This document shows positions 8,711 through 26,291 of a stretch of DNA of 64,000 bases, one piece after another (position 1 is the first letter of the stretch; the number at the start of each line of letters is the position of its first letter). The position numbers and the translations under genes were made by a program. The stretch is taken from NCBI GenBank assembly GCA_034189125.1, contig JAXHVB010000094.1, positions 5,590 to 69,589 on the forward strand, written 5' to 3'. The stretch comes from Pseudomonadota bacterium. GTDB lineage: Bacteria; Pseudomonadota; Gammaproteobacteria; Pseudomonadales; UBA5862. The notes beneath the pieces were generated by a model that did no database searches, was not told where the DNA came from, and worked only from the letters and a program-made list of their open reading frames with translations.

Positions 8711-10684
8711 TTGAATTGGATGTCAGACTGGAGACCAGGCCTTGTCCTTGCCTGGCTCTGCGGCCCATTCAGGGACAGGAGTACAAAGAGCGCACACAGA
8801 CTCCTAAACAGAAGTTGGAGGACACACCTCGGTGCCAGGGTCGCCCTGCTCATGGGTATCACCACCTCCTGCGGCGCAGAAATGCTCACCATCGACCAGA
8901 GCAAGGCGCGCATCGAACTTGACCCCTACCTGGAGTTCGCTGACGCCGGAGACAATGGCACTCAGCCGATCGAGCAACTGGTGGGGGCTGGCACGGCGCT
9001 GCAATGGCGCCCATTTCAAAGCAAAGCCCGCAACCCCGTCCGCGAACGCAGCCTGCTGTTGCGGCTGAAGATCTTCAATCCCACCGACACTGAGGAGTGG
9101 CTGTTCAATACCGATGACCCGCTGGTTGACGTGACGGAAGTGGCCTTGGTGCATGCTGGCCAAGTGCTGGCGCACCACCGCGGCGGCGACCTGGTGCCGT
9201 TCTCCGAATGGCCGATTCCGCACCGCCACCCGGTGTTCCCGCTGCACCTCGAAGCGGGAAAGCACTACGAACTCTGGATTCAGGTCCGATCAGGCGGGCC
9301 GACCCGCGCCCAGTTCAGCCTTTGGGAGCCCGCCCCTTTTTGGCGCAGCGCCCAACAGGACGTGTTCCTAATGGGCCTGTTTTTTGGGCTCCTCGCGACA
9401 ATCGCAACCTACTACGTATTCTTGTTCACTTGGCTTCGAGAGCGGCGTTTTCTGTATTTTTTCGGATTCTGCCTGTTCACTGCGCTGACCATGGCAGGGC
9501 TGCATGGGTACAGCTACCAGTTTCTATGGCCAAACGCCCCTGCGTGGCAAAACCGGGCACCACTTGTTTTTACGTCTTTGTTGATCTTGTGTGCCTGCTT
9601 TTTCGTGATCGACTACCTGGGTCTAACAAAGGACAACCGAATCCGAAAGCTTCTCCTTGGCGCCGGTGGCTCGGCTGCCTTGTACGCCATACTACAGTGG
9701 TGGATCGACTACACCTGGGCCGGCTACGCCCTGTTGTGCCTGTTGCTTGTCGGTCTGCTGCTGGTGTCCTACGCATCCATTCGCCGAATCCGCCAACACG
9801 GGCTCAGCGGTTGGTACTTTGCAGCGGGCTGGCTGGCGTTCGGCATCAGTGCCTTCCTGCTGGTCCTCGACGAGATCGGCTACAGCCCGGGATCGGTCAT
9901 CGCCGGATACACCGTCCACATCGGGGTTGCCATCCTCATATTGCTGCTTTCCTTCGGCTTGGCTGCGCGCATGCGTGACGAGCGCAATCTTGCCCTCAGG
10001 GCACAGGCTGCTTCCCTCCACCACCAAGCCCAGGCAACCCGAGAGCAGGAACGTGCACTGCGCATCGAGCGCGATGCCAAGCAGCACCTTGAACAGCGCA
10101 TCGTCGAACGCACCCGCGACCTGCAGCGCGCCATGAACGAACTGTCCGACGCCAATGCCCAGCTCCGCGAGATTTCCACCATCGATGGCCTTACGGGGGT
10201 GAAGAACCGCCGCCACTTCGACGAACGCCTGGTCACAGACCTCAAGCAAGCACGGCGCGAAGGCACATCCTTGGCCCTTCTGCTGATTGACCTCGACCAT
10301 TTCAAGACGGTCAACGACCTTTACGGACACCTTGCCGGAGACGAGTGCCTCAAGCACCTCGCGCGCGTGCTGACGGCCACGGCCAGCCGGCCACTGGACA
10401 CCGTGGCCCGGTACGGCGGGGAAGAATTTGTCGTGTTGCTGCCGAACACCCAGCCCTCAGGTGCCGTCAGCATCGCCGAGCGGATTCGCACTGCAGTTCA
10501 GGACGGGCCCATCGACTGGAATGGACAGTCGATTCGCTTGTCGGTCAGTGTCGGGGTGGCCCTGTCTACGCAGGTACCCACGGCCGATTCTGACCAGTTG
10601 ATTGAGTACGCGGACAAGGCCCTCTACGAAGCCAAAGCTGCGGGCAGAAACCGCGTGGCGTGTGCCTCACCCCAAAGCGATTGA
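8711..10684 (+). CDS. diguanylate cyclase with 7TMR-DISMED2 periplasmic domain, 7 TM helices and a GGDEF domain
   Basis: About 190 aa of periplasmic beta-rich domain, seven hydrophobic helices and a coiled linker. GGDEF domain (DGLTGVKNRRHFDERL, RYGGEEFVVLLPNT) with an RPLD I-site. The start is unresolved (8711 TTG, 8720, 8852 or 8882 ATG). Confidence 0.85.
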   Translation: MNWMSDWRPGLVLAWLCGPFRDRSTKSAHRLLNRSWRTHLGARVALLMGITTSCGAEMLTIDQSKARIELDPYLEFADAGDNGTQPIEQLVGAGTALQWRPFQSKARNPVRERSLLLRLKIFNPTDTEEWLFNTDDPLVDVTEVALVHAGQVLAHHRGGDLVPFSEWPIPHRHPVFPLHLEAGKHYELWIQVRSGGPTRAQFSLWEPAPFWRSAQQDVFLMGLFFGLLATIATYYVFLFTWLRERRFLYFFGFCLFTALTMAGLHGYSYQFLWPNAPAWQNRAPLVFTSLLILCACFFVIDYLGLTKDNRIRKLLLGAGGSAALYAILQWWIDYTWAGYALLCLLLVGLLLVSYASIRRIRQHGLSGWYFAAGWLAFGISAFLLVLDEIGYSPGSVIAGYTVHIGVAILILLLSFGLAARMRDERNLALRAQAASLHHQAQATREQERALRIERDAKQHLEQRIVERTRDLQRAMNELSDANAQLREISTIDGLTGVKNRRHFDERLVTDLKQARREGTSLALLLIDLDHFKTVNDLYGHLAGDECLKHLARVLTATASRPLDTVARYGGEEFVVLLPNTQPSGAVSIAERIRTAVQDGPIDWNGQSIRLSVSVGVALSTQVPTADSDQLIEYADKALYEAKAAGRNRVACASPQSD

Positions 10685-10692
10685 GCGCCTAT

Positions 10693-10728
10693 GCACGGCG
10701 TGGGGGTCAAGCACCCAAAGCGCCGTGC
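10693..10728. terminator. bidirectional terminator-like hairpin between convergent genes
   Basis: Perfect 8-bp stem GCACGGCG/CGCCGTGC with a 20-nt loop, in the 49-nt gap between the DGC stop (10684) and the hemE stop (10734). Confidence 0.5.
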
Positions 10729-10733
10729 CGGCT

Positions 10734-11804
10734 TTAACCTCTGGGGTGGTTGTGCACGGCATCGACCAAGTCCTTCACCCGGTCGGGGTTGACCCCCGGC
10801 TGGATGCCATGCCCGAGATTGAACACGTGGCCTGGGCCCGGCCCGAACCCATCCAGCACACGCGTCGCTTCGGCCCGCACCGCCGCAGTAGAAGCGAACA
10901 GGACGGCGGGGTCCAAGTTGCCCTGCAGCGCGACCTGGTCACCCACCAACTGCCGAGCCCGGCCGATGTCAAAGGTCCAGTCAAGGCCCACAGCCTGGCA
11001 GCCTGATTTGGCGATCAACTCGAGCCAATGGCCCCCTTGCTTGGTAAACAGAATCACGGGCACCTGGCCGCCGTCGCTTCCCGGGTGCAAGCCGGCCACG
11101 ATTCGCTCCATATGGCGCAGAGAAAACCGTCGGTAGGCATCCGTGGTGAGTACGCCACCCCAAGTGTCGAAAATCTGGACCACCTGGGCACCCGCAGCAA
11201 TCTGGCCATTTAGGTAGCCGACCACGGCTTCGCTGAGCTTGTCGAGTAAGGCGTCAAGCGCCTCGGGGTCGTTGTACAGCAGTGTCTTGATTTGGCGAAA
11301 ATCCCGGCTCGAACCGCCTTCGACCATGTAGGTGGCTAGCGTCCAAGGGCTGCCCGAAAAGCCAATCAGGGGAACACGCCCGTCGAGCTCTTGTCGGATC
11401 ACACGCACCGCGTCCAACACATAGCCGAGGTCTGCCTCAGGATCGGGAATCGGCAGTGCATCGATCGCAGCGCGGCTCCGGACTGGCTTGCGAAACTTCG
11501 GCCCTTCTCCAGTTTCGAAGTACAGGCCAAGGCCCATCGCGTCCGGCACCGTCAGGATGTCTGAAAACAGAATGGCGGCATCAAGGTCAAACCGCGCCAA
11601 CGGCTGCAGTGTGACTTCCAAAGCCAGCTGCGGATTCTGGCAAAGTGCCATGAAATCGCCTGCCCGGCCACGTGTCGCGCGGTACTCCGGCAAATACCGC
11701 CCGGCTTGACGCATCAGCCAAATCGGCGTGCGCTCCACCGGCTGACGGCGCAATGCACGCAGCAGGCCGTCGTTGTTCTTGGCATCCAACGCAGTCGCAC
11801 CCAT
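10734..11804 (-). CDS. hemE: uroporphyrinogen decarboxylase
   Basis: [30 protein letters not shown] and FNLGHGI motifs. Length is 356 aa. Confidence 0.95.
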   Translation of the reverse strand: MGATALDAKNNDGLLRALRRQPVERTPIWLMRQAGRYLPEYRATRGRAGDFMALCQNPQLALEVTLQPLARFDLDAAILFSDILTVPDAMGLGLYFETGEGPKFRKPVRSRAAIDALPIPDPEADLGYVLDAVRVIRQELDGRVPLIGFSGSPWTLATYMVEGGSSRDFRQIKTLLYNDPEALDALLDKLSEAVVGYLNGQIAAGAQVVQIFDTWGGVLTTDAYRRFSLRHMERIVAGLHPGSDGGQVPVILFTKQGGHWLELIAKSGCQAVGLDWTFDIGRARQLVGDQVALQGNLDPAVLFASTAAVRAEATRVLDGFGPGPGHVFNLGHGIQPGVNPDRVKDLVDAVHNHPRG

Positions 11805-11810
11805 GCGCGG

Positions 11811-17731
<5,921 letters not shown>

Positions 17732-17938
17732 AAAACGATTCTCTGATTAAAATGCTTTTCAATACATAGAGTTACGCAAGTACCTCCTGCGCAACAACAC
17801 CGTGCACGAAAAAAAAGGACGCCTATTTTACATGCGCGCCGTACTGGCCCACAAACAGCGCTGCCCTCGGAACCTCGCCCCGCTGTCCGCCCGCACTGGC
17901 AGGGAAGACCACCGAAGCCCTTCCCAAAGCGCCTGGGC

Positions 17939-19393
17939 TCATTCTTCGCGAGTGCGGGACCGGCCTCGAACTTCTGTCTGTAACGCCTCAATCGGGCGGA
18001 TCCAGGGGTCCATGCGCCGCATGTCAGGCTCCAAATCGGTGCGTGCTTTAGCGGCCGCCTCACGGGATGGGTAGAGCCCCATCACCGCCACATACCACGG
18101 CCGGTTTTGGTGGCGCGTTTCGAGCAGGTAGCAATGTTCGCACCCCCCAAGTCCTTCAACGAAATCGATCACAGTGCGCAGGTGGTAGGAACCCAGAAAC
18201 TGTAGGGTGTACAGCCTCGGATTGAGCGCCAGGACCGCCGCCTCTCGCTCGCGCAGAAGGGCCCACTCTGGTGATTGCGCCGGCCCCAGCGGCGGCTGGT
18301 CGACAGCCCGCTGCTCTGGGTCTGGGTCCGCCAGGATCAGCGGTTCGGACTCGGCCTCCACCTTTGAATTGCCGCTCGGCGCAGGGGCCAATTCCGGGCC
18401 CGATTGATCTGGCTGATCCTGCGAAAACGCTCGCGCGATTGGAGGCTCTGGCTCCTCCTGCACCTGGCGCTGCGCTACAGCCAGGCCCGATTGCGCGCTC
18501 TGCTGAGCACTGGGGAGGACAACCTCAAGGCGTGCTCCTCTCTCCGGCTCCACCCCAGGCCCCTGCTTCCATGCCACCCATGCAAGTACCACGCCCACAG
18601 CCAACAACGCAGCGCCGTGGCGCCACAGTCGAAGCACCGGCGAGCTGAACACATTGGTCGTCGATGCACCTGACAGCCCTGCGTCCGGAGCCTGCCCCTC
18701 CAGGCGCTGCAACAACGCAGCGACGGCCCCGGCTTCATGGTCGACCACGTGGCTGATGATGCCCCGGCGCTTGGCGGCACTCGGCAAGGGGCATCCCTGC
18801 GCAACGCACCACGCGGAGAGAAAATCTTCGGCACTGTCCCGGGTCAATGGCGCGATCCGCAGCCGGTGGACACCCGTTGGCGCGGGCCAGGCGTCAACCG
18901 GACGTGCCAGCAGGACAACCGCCAACGGAGAAGCATTGTCGCTGTCATCGCCCTGGGCAAAAGACACCAGTGCCTGCACCTGCGCTGGTTCAAGCTGCTC
19001 ACCATCATCCAGAATCAACAGCGTATGCAGGCCAGCCTCGCGCTCACGGAGCAGGGCCTGCGCAAGCGCCGCGGAATCCGTCCCTGACAAACCCAATTCT
19101 GTGGCAAGTGCCTCGCGCCAGCCAGGCCCGCCAACGCCTTGGACGGCCGACAGGCGGAGCACTCGAAGCCCCTCAAGTCCCTCTTCTTGTGCCCGTTCGG
19201 CGAGGCGGGTTTTGCCAACCCCTGGACCACCCTCGATGAGCAATACACCATCACCGAAACGCGCCCAATGCAGTATTGAAGCGACCAATGCATTTCGCCC
19301 TGCGCCGCCGAACCAGAACCGCTGCGCTTGGGTCGCGCCGAGGATTGGGGCAGGCCGGGCTGCACGCGCTGTGGATCCATCACCCATGGCCAC
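17939..19393 (-). CDS. P-loop ATPase (ExeA-like) fused through a Pro/Gln-rich linker and one TM helix to a C-terminal SPOR peptidoglycan-binding domain
   Basis: Walker A GGPGVGKT, Walker B LLILDDGE, TM helix GAALLAVGVVLAWVAW. SPOR-like end YTLQFLGSY...RPWYVAVMGLYPSREAAAKARTDL. It occupies the DamX position downstream of aroB. Confidence 0.75.
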   Translation of the reverse strand: MAMGDGSTARAARPAPILGATQAQRFWFGGAGRNALVASILHWARFGDGVLLIEGGPGVGKTRLAERAQEEGLEGLRVLRLSAVQGVGGPGWREALATELGLSGTDSAALAQALLREREAGLHTLLILDDGEQLEPAQVQALVSFAQGDDSDNASPLAVVLLARPVDAWPAPTGVHRLRIAPLTRDSAEDFLSAWCVAQGCPLPSAAKRRGIISHVVDHEAGAVAALLQRLEGQAPDAGLSGASTTNVFSSPVLRLWRHGAALLAVGVVLAWVAWKQGPGVEPERGARLEVVLPSAQQSAQSGLAVAQRQVQEEPEPPIARAFSQDQPDQSGPELAPAPSGNSKVEAESEPLILADPDPEQRAVDQPPLGPAQSPEWALLREREAAVLALNPRLYTLQFLGSYHLRTVIDFVEGLGGCEHCYLLETRHQNRPWYVAVMGLYPSREAAAKARTDLEPDMRRMDPWIRPIEALQTEVRGRSRTREE

Positions 19394-19401
19394 CCCCGCT
19401 G

Positions 19402-20484
19402 TCAGGACATGCGCACCTGTTCCAAAGTTGCTCGCAGATGAACCGAATCTGGAGCACGAAGGACCTCCGCCTGTCCGATGCCCCGAAGCAATACAAGCCT
19501 CATCTCGCCACCTGCAACCTTTTTGTCGAGACGCATGGCGTCAAGAAGCGCATCAGTGGCCAGTTCCTTAGGGGCCGCAGTCGGCAAGCCAAAGGCCCCA
19601 AACACTGCTGCGATCTTCGCAATCTGATGCTCCGGACACCACCCGAGACGTACCGACAAATCCACTGCCATCATGGTGCCCATCGCCACCGCCTCTCCAT
19701 GAAGCCATTGCGAATAACCAGTCTCGGTTTCGATCGCATGCCCAAAGGTGTGCCCCAGGTTCAGCAGCGCGCGTTCACCCGCTTCGCGCTCGTCTGCTGC
19801 GACAACCGCCGCTTTATGTTCGCAGCTTCGCCGCACCGCCTCAGCCACTGCCTCTGCCTCGCGCGCGCGGAGTTGTTCAAGATGCTGCTCGATCCAGTCG
19901 AAAAACGCCGCGTCGCGGATCAACCCATACTTGATGACCTCGGCCATGCCGGCAGCGAACTCACGGGCCGGCAACGACTCCAGGGTCGAGGTATCGGCCA
20001 CCACCAGCTGCGGTTGATGGAACGCCCCGATCATGTTTTTTCCGAGTGGATGGTTGACACCGGTTTTTCCGCCGACCGAGGAATCAACCTGCGCCAGCAG
20101 GGTCGTTGGAACCTGGACGAAATTGACCCCCCTTTGGTAGCACGCCGCAGCGAAGCCCGTCAGGTCGCCGATGACGCCACCGCCAAGCGCGATCAGGGTG
20201 GTGTCGCGCCCATGTCGGTGGCTCAAAAGGTGGGTCCAGATGCGCTCGGCGCTTTCCAGGGTCTTGTGGCGTTCACCATCGGGAAGCACCAAAGTGTCGA
20301 TCCGCAGGCCCTGCAGGCCAGCGAGCAAAGGCTCAAGGTACAGCTCCGCCACAGAGTCGTTGCTGACCACAAGCGCGCGGTCACGGATGCGCGGGGCGAT
20401 CCATTGCGAATCGCCGAGCAGCTTCTGGCCAATCAAGATGGGATAACTGTGCTGCCCAAGGGGCACCTGGACCTCAAACTGCAT
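19402..20484 (-). CDS. aroB: 3-dehydroquinate synthase
   Basis: [50 protein letters not shown] and GHTFGHAIE. Length is 360 aa. Confidence 0.96.
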   Translation of the reverse strand: MQFEVQVPLGQHSYPILIGQKLLGDSQWIAPRIRDRALVVSNDSVAELYLEPLLAGLQGLRIDTLVLPDGERHKTLESAERIWTHLLSHRHGRDTTLIALGGGVIGDLTGFAAACYQRGVNFVQVPTTLLAQVDSSVGGKTGVNHPLGKNMIGAFHQPQLVVADTSTLESLPAREFAAGMAEVIKYGLIRDAAFFDWIEQHLEQLRAREAEAVAEAVRRSCEHKAAVVAADEREAGERALLNLGHTFGHAIETETGYSQWLHGEAVAMGTMMAVDLSVRLGWCPEHQIAKIAAVFGAFGLPTAAPKELATDALLDAMRLDKKVAGGEMRLVLLRGIGQAEVLRAPDSVHLRATLEQVRMS

Positions 20485-20536
20485 ACACGCCTCAACCTGA
20501 ACACGGCACGCGGGCCGATGTGCGGAGGTGTCGCGT

Positions 20537-21088
20537 TCAGCCGCCGTCTGGGTCGGAGGGAGAAAATTGGCGGGCCAAGTCTTGCGCTACAGACCTCGGC
20601 GCGCGGCCCTCGGTGTCCACCACACGGTCCGCGACCTCTCGGTACAGCGGATCCCGTTCGACGAACAGACGCCTCAACACCCCCAAAGGGTCGTCGGATT
20701 GTAACAGAGGCCGGTTTGGGTCACGCCGTGTGCGCTCGAACTGCTGCTCCGGGGATGATTTGAGGTAGATCACTTCACCGCCTTGCGCCAGCAGTGCACG
20801 GTTGCTCTCGGCGACCACCGCCCCGCCCCCTGTGGCAATCACAGCGTTGGAGAGGTTGACCAACTCCGCCAGCATGGCGGACTCGCGCTTACGAAAACCT
20901 GCCTCGCCTTCAACGTCAAAGATCCAGCCGATGTCGGCTCCACAGCGTTCTTCGATCATCTGGTCGCTGTCAAAGAAATCCAGCCCCAGCCGCTTTGCCA
21001 GCAACCGGCCGATGGTGCTTTTTCCAGCCCCCATGGGGCCAACCAAAATGATGCTGCTACTAGAAGGTCTTGTCACGGGGCGAGCCAA
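20537..21088 (-). CDS. aroK: shikimate kinase
   Basis: [18 protein letters not shown] and GGGAV. A TTG start at 21088 directly abuts the pilQ stop. An alternative GTG at 21076 is possible. Confidence 0.92.
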   Translation of the reverse strand: MARPVTRPSSSSIILVGPMGAGKSTIGRLLAKRLGLDFFDSDQMIEERCGADIGWIFDVEGEAGFRKRESAMLAELVNLSNAVIATGGGAVVAESNRALLAQGGEVIYLKSSPEQQFERTRRDPNRPLLQSDDPLGVLRRLFVERDPLYREVADRVVDTEGRAPRSVAQDLARQFSPSDPDGG

Positions 21089-23203
21089 TCAGCGCAAGCT
21101 GAGTTCCTCGCTGACCAACCGGGGAGTAATGAAGATCAGCAATTCGGTCTTTTCGTTGGTGTCCACGGTCCGCTTGAACAACCGGCCCACGTAGGGAATG
21201 TCCCCAAGAAATGGGGTTTTGGTCTCAGTGCTGGTTTCAACCGATGTGAAAATGCCACCGAGCACCACGGTTTCTCCGTCATCGACCAGTACCTGCGTGT
21301 TGATCCGTGTGGTGTCGATCACCGGAATTCCATCCGAAGTCTCGGCGCCTTGCTCGTCCTGGTTCACCTGCAGGTCCATCATGATGCGGCCATCGGGGGT
21401 GATCTGTGGCGTCACACGCAGACCCAAGACCGCCGATTTAAATGATGTCGAGGTCGCGCCACTCGAGGTCGCTTCCTGGTACGGAATCTCCGTTCCCGAC
21501 TCGATCAATGCGGTCTGCCCGTCGGCAGTCAGCACCTTGGGCTGGGCAACCGTCTCGCTCTCTCCCATGTCTTCCAGTGCAGAAAGCTGCAGGTTGAGAA
21601 TCCGAGAACTGGTCGAGATGCCGAACGCGATGGAACTGGCACCGGATCCGGTCACGCCCAGGTCCACTACAGCTCCTGGACTGACTACCCCACCCGACAC
21701 TGGCCCACCTCCAAGATTGAATCCATCGCTGCTGTTGGCGTCGTAGCTGCCACCCCACTGAATACCGAGTTCCTCGCTGGCGCTCGTGTTGGCACGAACG
21801 ATCCGGGCTTCGATCAACACCTGACGCACTGGTATGTCGAGGGTACGCAGCATGCGGCGAATCTCAACAATTTTGTCCGCTGTGTCCTGCACAATCAGCA
21901 GATTGGTGCGGGTATCGACCGTGGCGCTGCCGCGCGAAGACAGAATGCTCTGCTTCCCGGACAGCAAGCCCAGGATGTCGCTTGCCTTGGCGTAGTTCAC
22001 CTCGATGAACTCTGTGGTCAGCGGAGCCAATTCAGCCACCTGCCGGCTGGTCTCCAATTCAAGCTTTTCGCGCGCTGCGATCTCAGCCGCAGGCGCCACC
22101 ATCAACACATTGCCAATCAGCCGCTTGTCGAGCCCCTTGGTCTTCAAAACCAAATCCAGCGCTTGGTCCCAGGGAACGTTCTTGAGGCGCAAAGTGATGC
22201 GGCCGGTGACCGTGTCACTTGCCACGAGGTTCAAATCGGTGAAGTCAGCGATCAACTGCAGCACCGAACGGACTTCAATGTCCTGGAAATTCAGCGACAG
22301 TTTTTCTCCAGTGTACGCAAACCGCTGCTGGCTGGGATCGGCTTCGTCTTCCGCCGTGAGTGGCTTCACGTCCAAGGTGAATTCGCGGTCGGTTTGATAC
22401 GCAAGGTACTCGTATCGGCCGTCCGGGGTGATCTCAAGCACGACCGCATTGTCTTGCTGAAAGGCGTCGATGGTGCTGACTGGCGTGGCAAAGTCGGAAA
22501 CGTCCAAGCGCCGCTGCAGTGTTTCTGGCAAGCGGGCGCTGCCGAAGCGGACACGAATCTTTCCACTTTGTTCAGCCACATCGACCGAGGTTCCCGGCGC
22601 ACTCAACTGCACCATAAGGCGACCGGCACCTGCTTCACCGCGCCGAAAATCAATGTCTTGAACCGATATCCGAGTCAAGGCGGTGGTCGCCGAGCGTGGC
22701 TGTGAAACAGCAGGTTTCGGTGCGGAAGCCACAGCGGTCTGCGCGCGGGAACCCAGCACGAGCGTCATCGTGCGATCGCTGCGTGTGGTCTCGTACGGCA
22801 CCAGGTCGACAAGCTTGACGATCAACCGGGTGCGGTCTTGCGCTTCGACCACGGTGACGTTGCGGGCGTTGCTCGAGTCCAGTTTGTGCTGTTTTCGTTC
22901 GAGCGCACTTTTTACACCCACCAGGTCAATGGCGATTCGCGCCGGCTGCTCCACACTGTATCCCTGCGGCTCCGGGGGCGGGCCATCGAAGTGCAACTGA
23001 ATTTGCATTCGGTCGTTGGACAGGGTGGAGAACTCAATGTCGGTCAGCTGAACGGGATCCGCTGCGTGCAGCACCCCCGAAAAAGTCGCCAACATCCAGA
23101 GCAGTAAACCGCCACGCCAGCGGAGAATGTGGGCGACTGCGCCGGAATAACTGTCAGTGGTTCCATTCATGCTTGCTTCTCTCCAACCCACGCGAGCGGT
23201 CAT
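21089..23203 (-). CDS. pilQ: type IV pilus secretin PilQ
   Basis: Two N-terminal AMIN-like repeats, N0/N1 domains and a secretin C-terminus (TPFLGDIPYVGRLFK). The ATG overlaps the pilP stop (ATGA). Confidence 0.95.
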   Translation of the reverse strand: MTARVGWREASMNGTTDSYSGAVAHILRWRGGLLLWMLATFSGVLHAADPVQLTDIEFSTLSNDRMQIQLHFDGPPPEPQGYSVEQPARIAIDLVGVKSALERKQHKLDSSNARNVTVVEAQDRTRLIVKLVDLVPYETTRSDRTMTLVLGSRAQTAVASAPKPAVSQPRSATTALTRISVQDIDFRRGEAGAGRLMVQLSAPGTSVDVAEQSGKIRVRFGSARLPETLQRRLDVSDFATPVSTIDAFQQDNAVVLEITPDGRYEYLAYQTDREFTLDVKPLTAEDEADPSQQRFAYTGEKLSLNFQDIEVRSVLQLIADFTDLNLVASDTVTGRITLRLKNVPWDQALDLVLKTKGLDKRLIGNVLMVAPAAEIAAREKLELETSRQVAELAPLTTEFIEVNYAKASDILGLLSGKQSILSSRGSATVDTRTNLLIVQDTADKIVEIRRMLRTLDIPVRQVLIEARIVRANTSASEELGIQWGGSYDANSSDGFNLGGGPVSGGVVSPGAVVDLGVTGSGASSIAFGISTSSRILNLQLSALEDMGESETVAQPKVLTADGQTALIESGTEIPYQEATSSGATSTSFKSAVLGLRVTPQITPDGRIMMDLQVNQDEQGAETSDGIPVIDTTRINTQVLVDDGETVVLGGIFTSVETSTETKTPFLGDIPYVGRLFKRTVDTNEKTELLIFITPRLVSEELSLR

Positions 23204-23742
23204 TGCGCTTCTCTGAGGTCTAGGGTTCTTGGCCGTTCAACCCAGCCACCTTGTCCGTCTGGAACAATCTCCAGCAATTCGATGTGTGCCTCGTCCACTG
23301 CGGTAACCTTCCCGTGGTTGCGGCCGAGGTAATTGCCCTCAGTCACGCGGTAAATGTCTCCTTCAGCATCCGCAATCAGGGCCCAGCGCGCCTGACCGCG
23401 CTGCATGACGCCAACCATGTTTAGGGCCGTGATGTTGAAGTTTTCAAGGTATTCCCGCGGACGGTTCGGGTCTGGCTCCACCTGGCTGTTGCTGTCCCGT
23501 TGTTGAACAACCACGATCTCAATGGGTTGCTCGAAGGGGCTGCGTTTCCCTGCAGCCGAGTACGCAAAGGATTCGTACGGACGAAACTGGGGCAGCGGTT
23601 CTACGCGGCCGGAGGGCTTTGTCTTCACTTCGTCGACGTAGGCCCGCAAATCGGCCACAGGATCGCTGCCCGCACAACCAACAAGGGCGACAGCAACCGC
23701 CCCCAGCGCCATCAATCGACTCATCAGAACACACGCACGCAT
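23200..23742 (-). CDS. pilP: type IV pilus assembly lipoprotein PilP
   Basis: Lipobox LVGCAG, size and position between pilO and pilQ. An alternative start at 23724 is possible. Confidence 0.88.
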   Translation of the reverse strand: MRACVLMSRLMALGAVAVALVGCAGSDPVADLRAYVDEVKTKPSGRVEPLPQFRPYESFAYSAAGKRSPFEQPIEIVVVQQRDSNSQVEPDPNRPREYLENFNITALNMVGVMQRGQARWALIADAEGDIYRVTEGNYLGRNHGKVTAVDEAHIELLEIVPDGQGGWVERPRTLDLREAQ

Positions 23743-24369
23743 CTATCTGTCCCCGCCTTTGTAGCGGTAGGTCTTGGCAATCACCCGCACCCGCAGCAGT
23801 GCTGAGTTCCCAATCGGAGTCAGGGTAAAGTCATGCAGGGTCACGATTCGCGGCAAGGCCGAAACGCCTGAAACAAAGGCTGCGATGTCGTGGTACCCGC
23901 CTTGCGCCACAATCTCGATCGGCAATTCCACATAGAACTCGCGCTCGGTTTCACGTTTCAGGTTGATGCTGTCGAACTCAAGCCCCGCACCGAGCCCGGT
24001 GTGCGTGATGTCTTCAAGTAGACCTGGCACCTCGGTGTCCTTGGGCAGCTGTTCAAGCAAAACTGCAAAGGAGTTTTCCATGTCGACCATTTGGCTGCGG
24101 TAGGCTTCCAAGTTCGCGGCCTGAAAAGCTTTGGTCTCAAGGGTCGACTTCAACTGCTCTTCCTCGCGAACCGCTGCAGAATGCGCATCCCGCAAAGCGC
24201 TCAGATGGAAAAAATGGCCTGCTCCAAGCACAACGATAAACACCAGTATCGCGAGCGCAATTTTGACGAAGATCGGCCAAGAGCCGATGTTTTCAAAATC
24301 CAAGTCCGAGAGGTCGATCTCGTTGAGGTTGAGTTCTCGTAGCTTTTTTACTTGATCAGAAAACGCCAC
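23743..24369 (-). CDS. pilO: type IV pilus inner-membrane component PilO
   Basis: Single TM helix (WPIFVKIALAILVFIVVLGAGHFF), then a coiled coil and ferredoxin-like domain. Operon position supports the call. Confidence 0.9.
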   Translation of the reverse strand: MAFSDQVKKLRELNLNEIDLSDLDFENIGSWPIFVKIALAILVFIVVLGAGHFFHLSALRDAHSAAVREEEQLKSTLETKAFQAANLEAYRSQMVDMENSFAVLLEQLPKDTEVPGLLEDITHTGLGAGLEFDSINLKRETEREFYVELPIEIVAQGGYHDIAAFVSGVSALPRIVTLHDFTLTPIGNSALLRVRVIAKTYRYKGGDR

Positions 24370-24378
24370 AACGTGCCC

Positions 24379-24938
24379 CTAGTCCGACTCACCGGCGTCC
24401 GGGGTGGTCTGCTGTACCACCAGATTGAAATCATTGGCCTGCTCGCCGAAGGACGGATTGGATGTAACGCCCAGCAGGTTCGGCTCGGTGAACCAATCGG
24501 AACCGTCAAACCGGCGCATGAGCGCAGAGACCCGGTTGTTCGACTTCGCCGTCCCACGAATGCGCAGCTCCTGCCCCCGCTTCTCGACGTTGGTGTAATA
24601 GACGCCATCCGGAAGCGTTTGGACCAGCTCATCGAAGACCCGCACGATCACCGGACGATTGCCCTGCAAGGACTGGATCACCTCCATGCGTTCGACCAAT
24701 TCATCGCGCCGGCGCCGCAAACCTGAAATTTCGGTGATTTTTCGATTCAACTCACTGATCTCAGCGTTGAGATAGGCATTGCGTGCCTGCTGAGACTCGA
24801 TCCGCGCCGTGTAGTACCGGTCAACGCCCACCACCACAAGCGCGCCTCCAACGGCCACCAGGGCCAGAGTCGAAAGGTATTGCTTGCGGCGCTGTTCTCT
24901 GAGCGCTTCGCGCCAGGGCAGTAGATTGATCTTCGCCA

Positions 24939-24939
<1 letters not shown>
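24379..24939 (-). CDS. pilN: type IV pilus inner-membrane component PilN
   Basis: MAKINLLPWREALREQRRKQ (the conserved PilM-binding N-terminus), then a TM helix. The start overlaps the pilM stop by 1 nt (TAATG). Confidence 0.92.
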
Positions 24940-26021
<1,082 letters not shown>

Positions 26022-26291
26022 TTAATTAGGTGGACTGCCCCAAGTTTGAATCGGCACATTAAATACGACCCGTTCAGAGCGCGCAAACAACCATGGTCTA
26101 AACAATTCTGGTGCGGGTGGCTGAGCCTTCGCCCGGCTTGACGGCGCGGCCACGTTCCGTGGGCTTGCATCTCATTTTGACGCGCACGCCCGCTCCTGAA
26201 ACTAAAGCGTAGACGGCAGCGCGAACTTCGCCACGTCCACCGGGTCACATCTTTGACGAACCCCGACCACTGGCCGGTCCCATATACTCGA

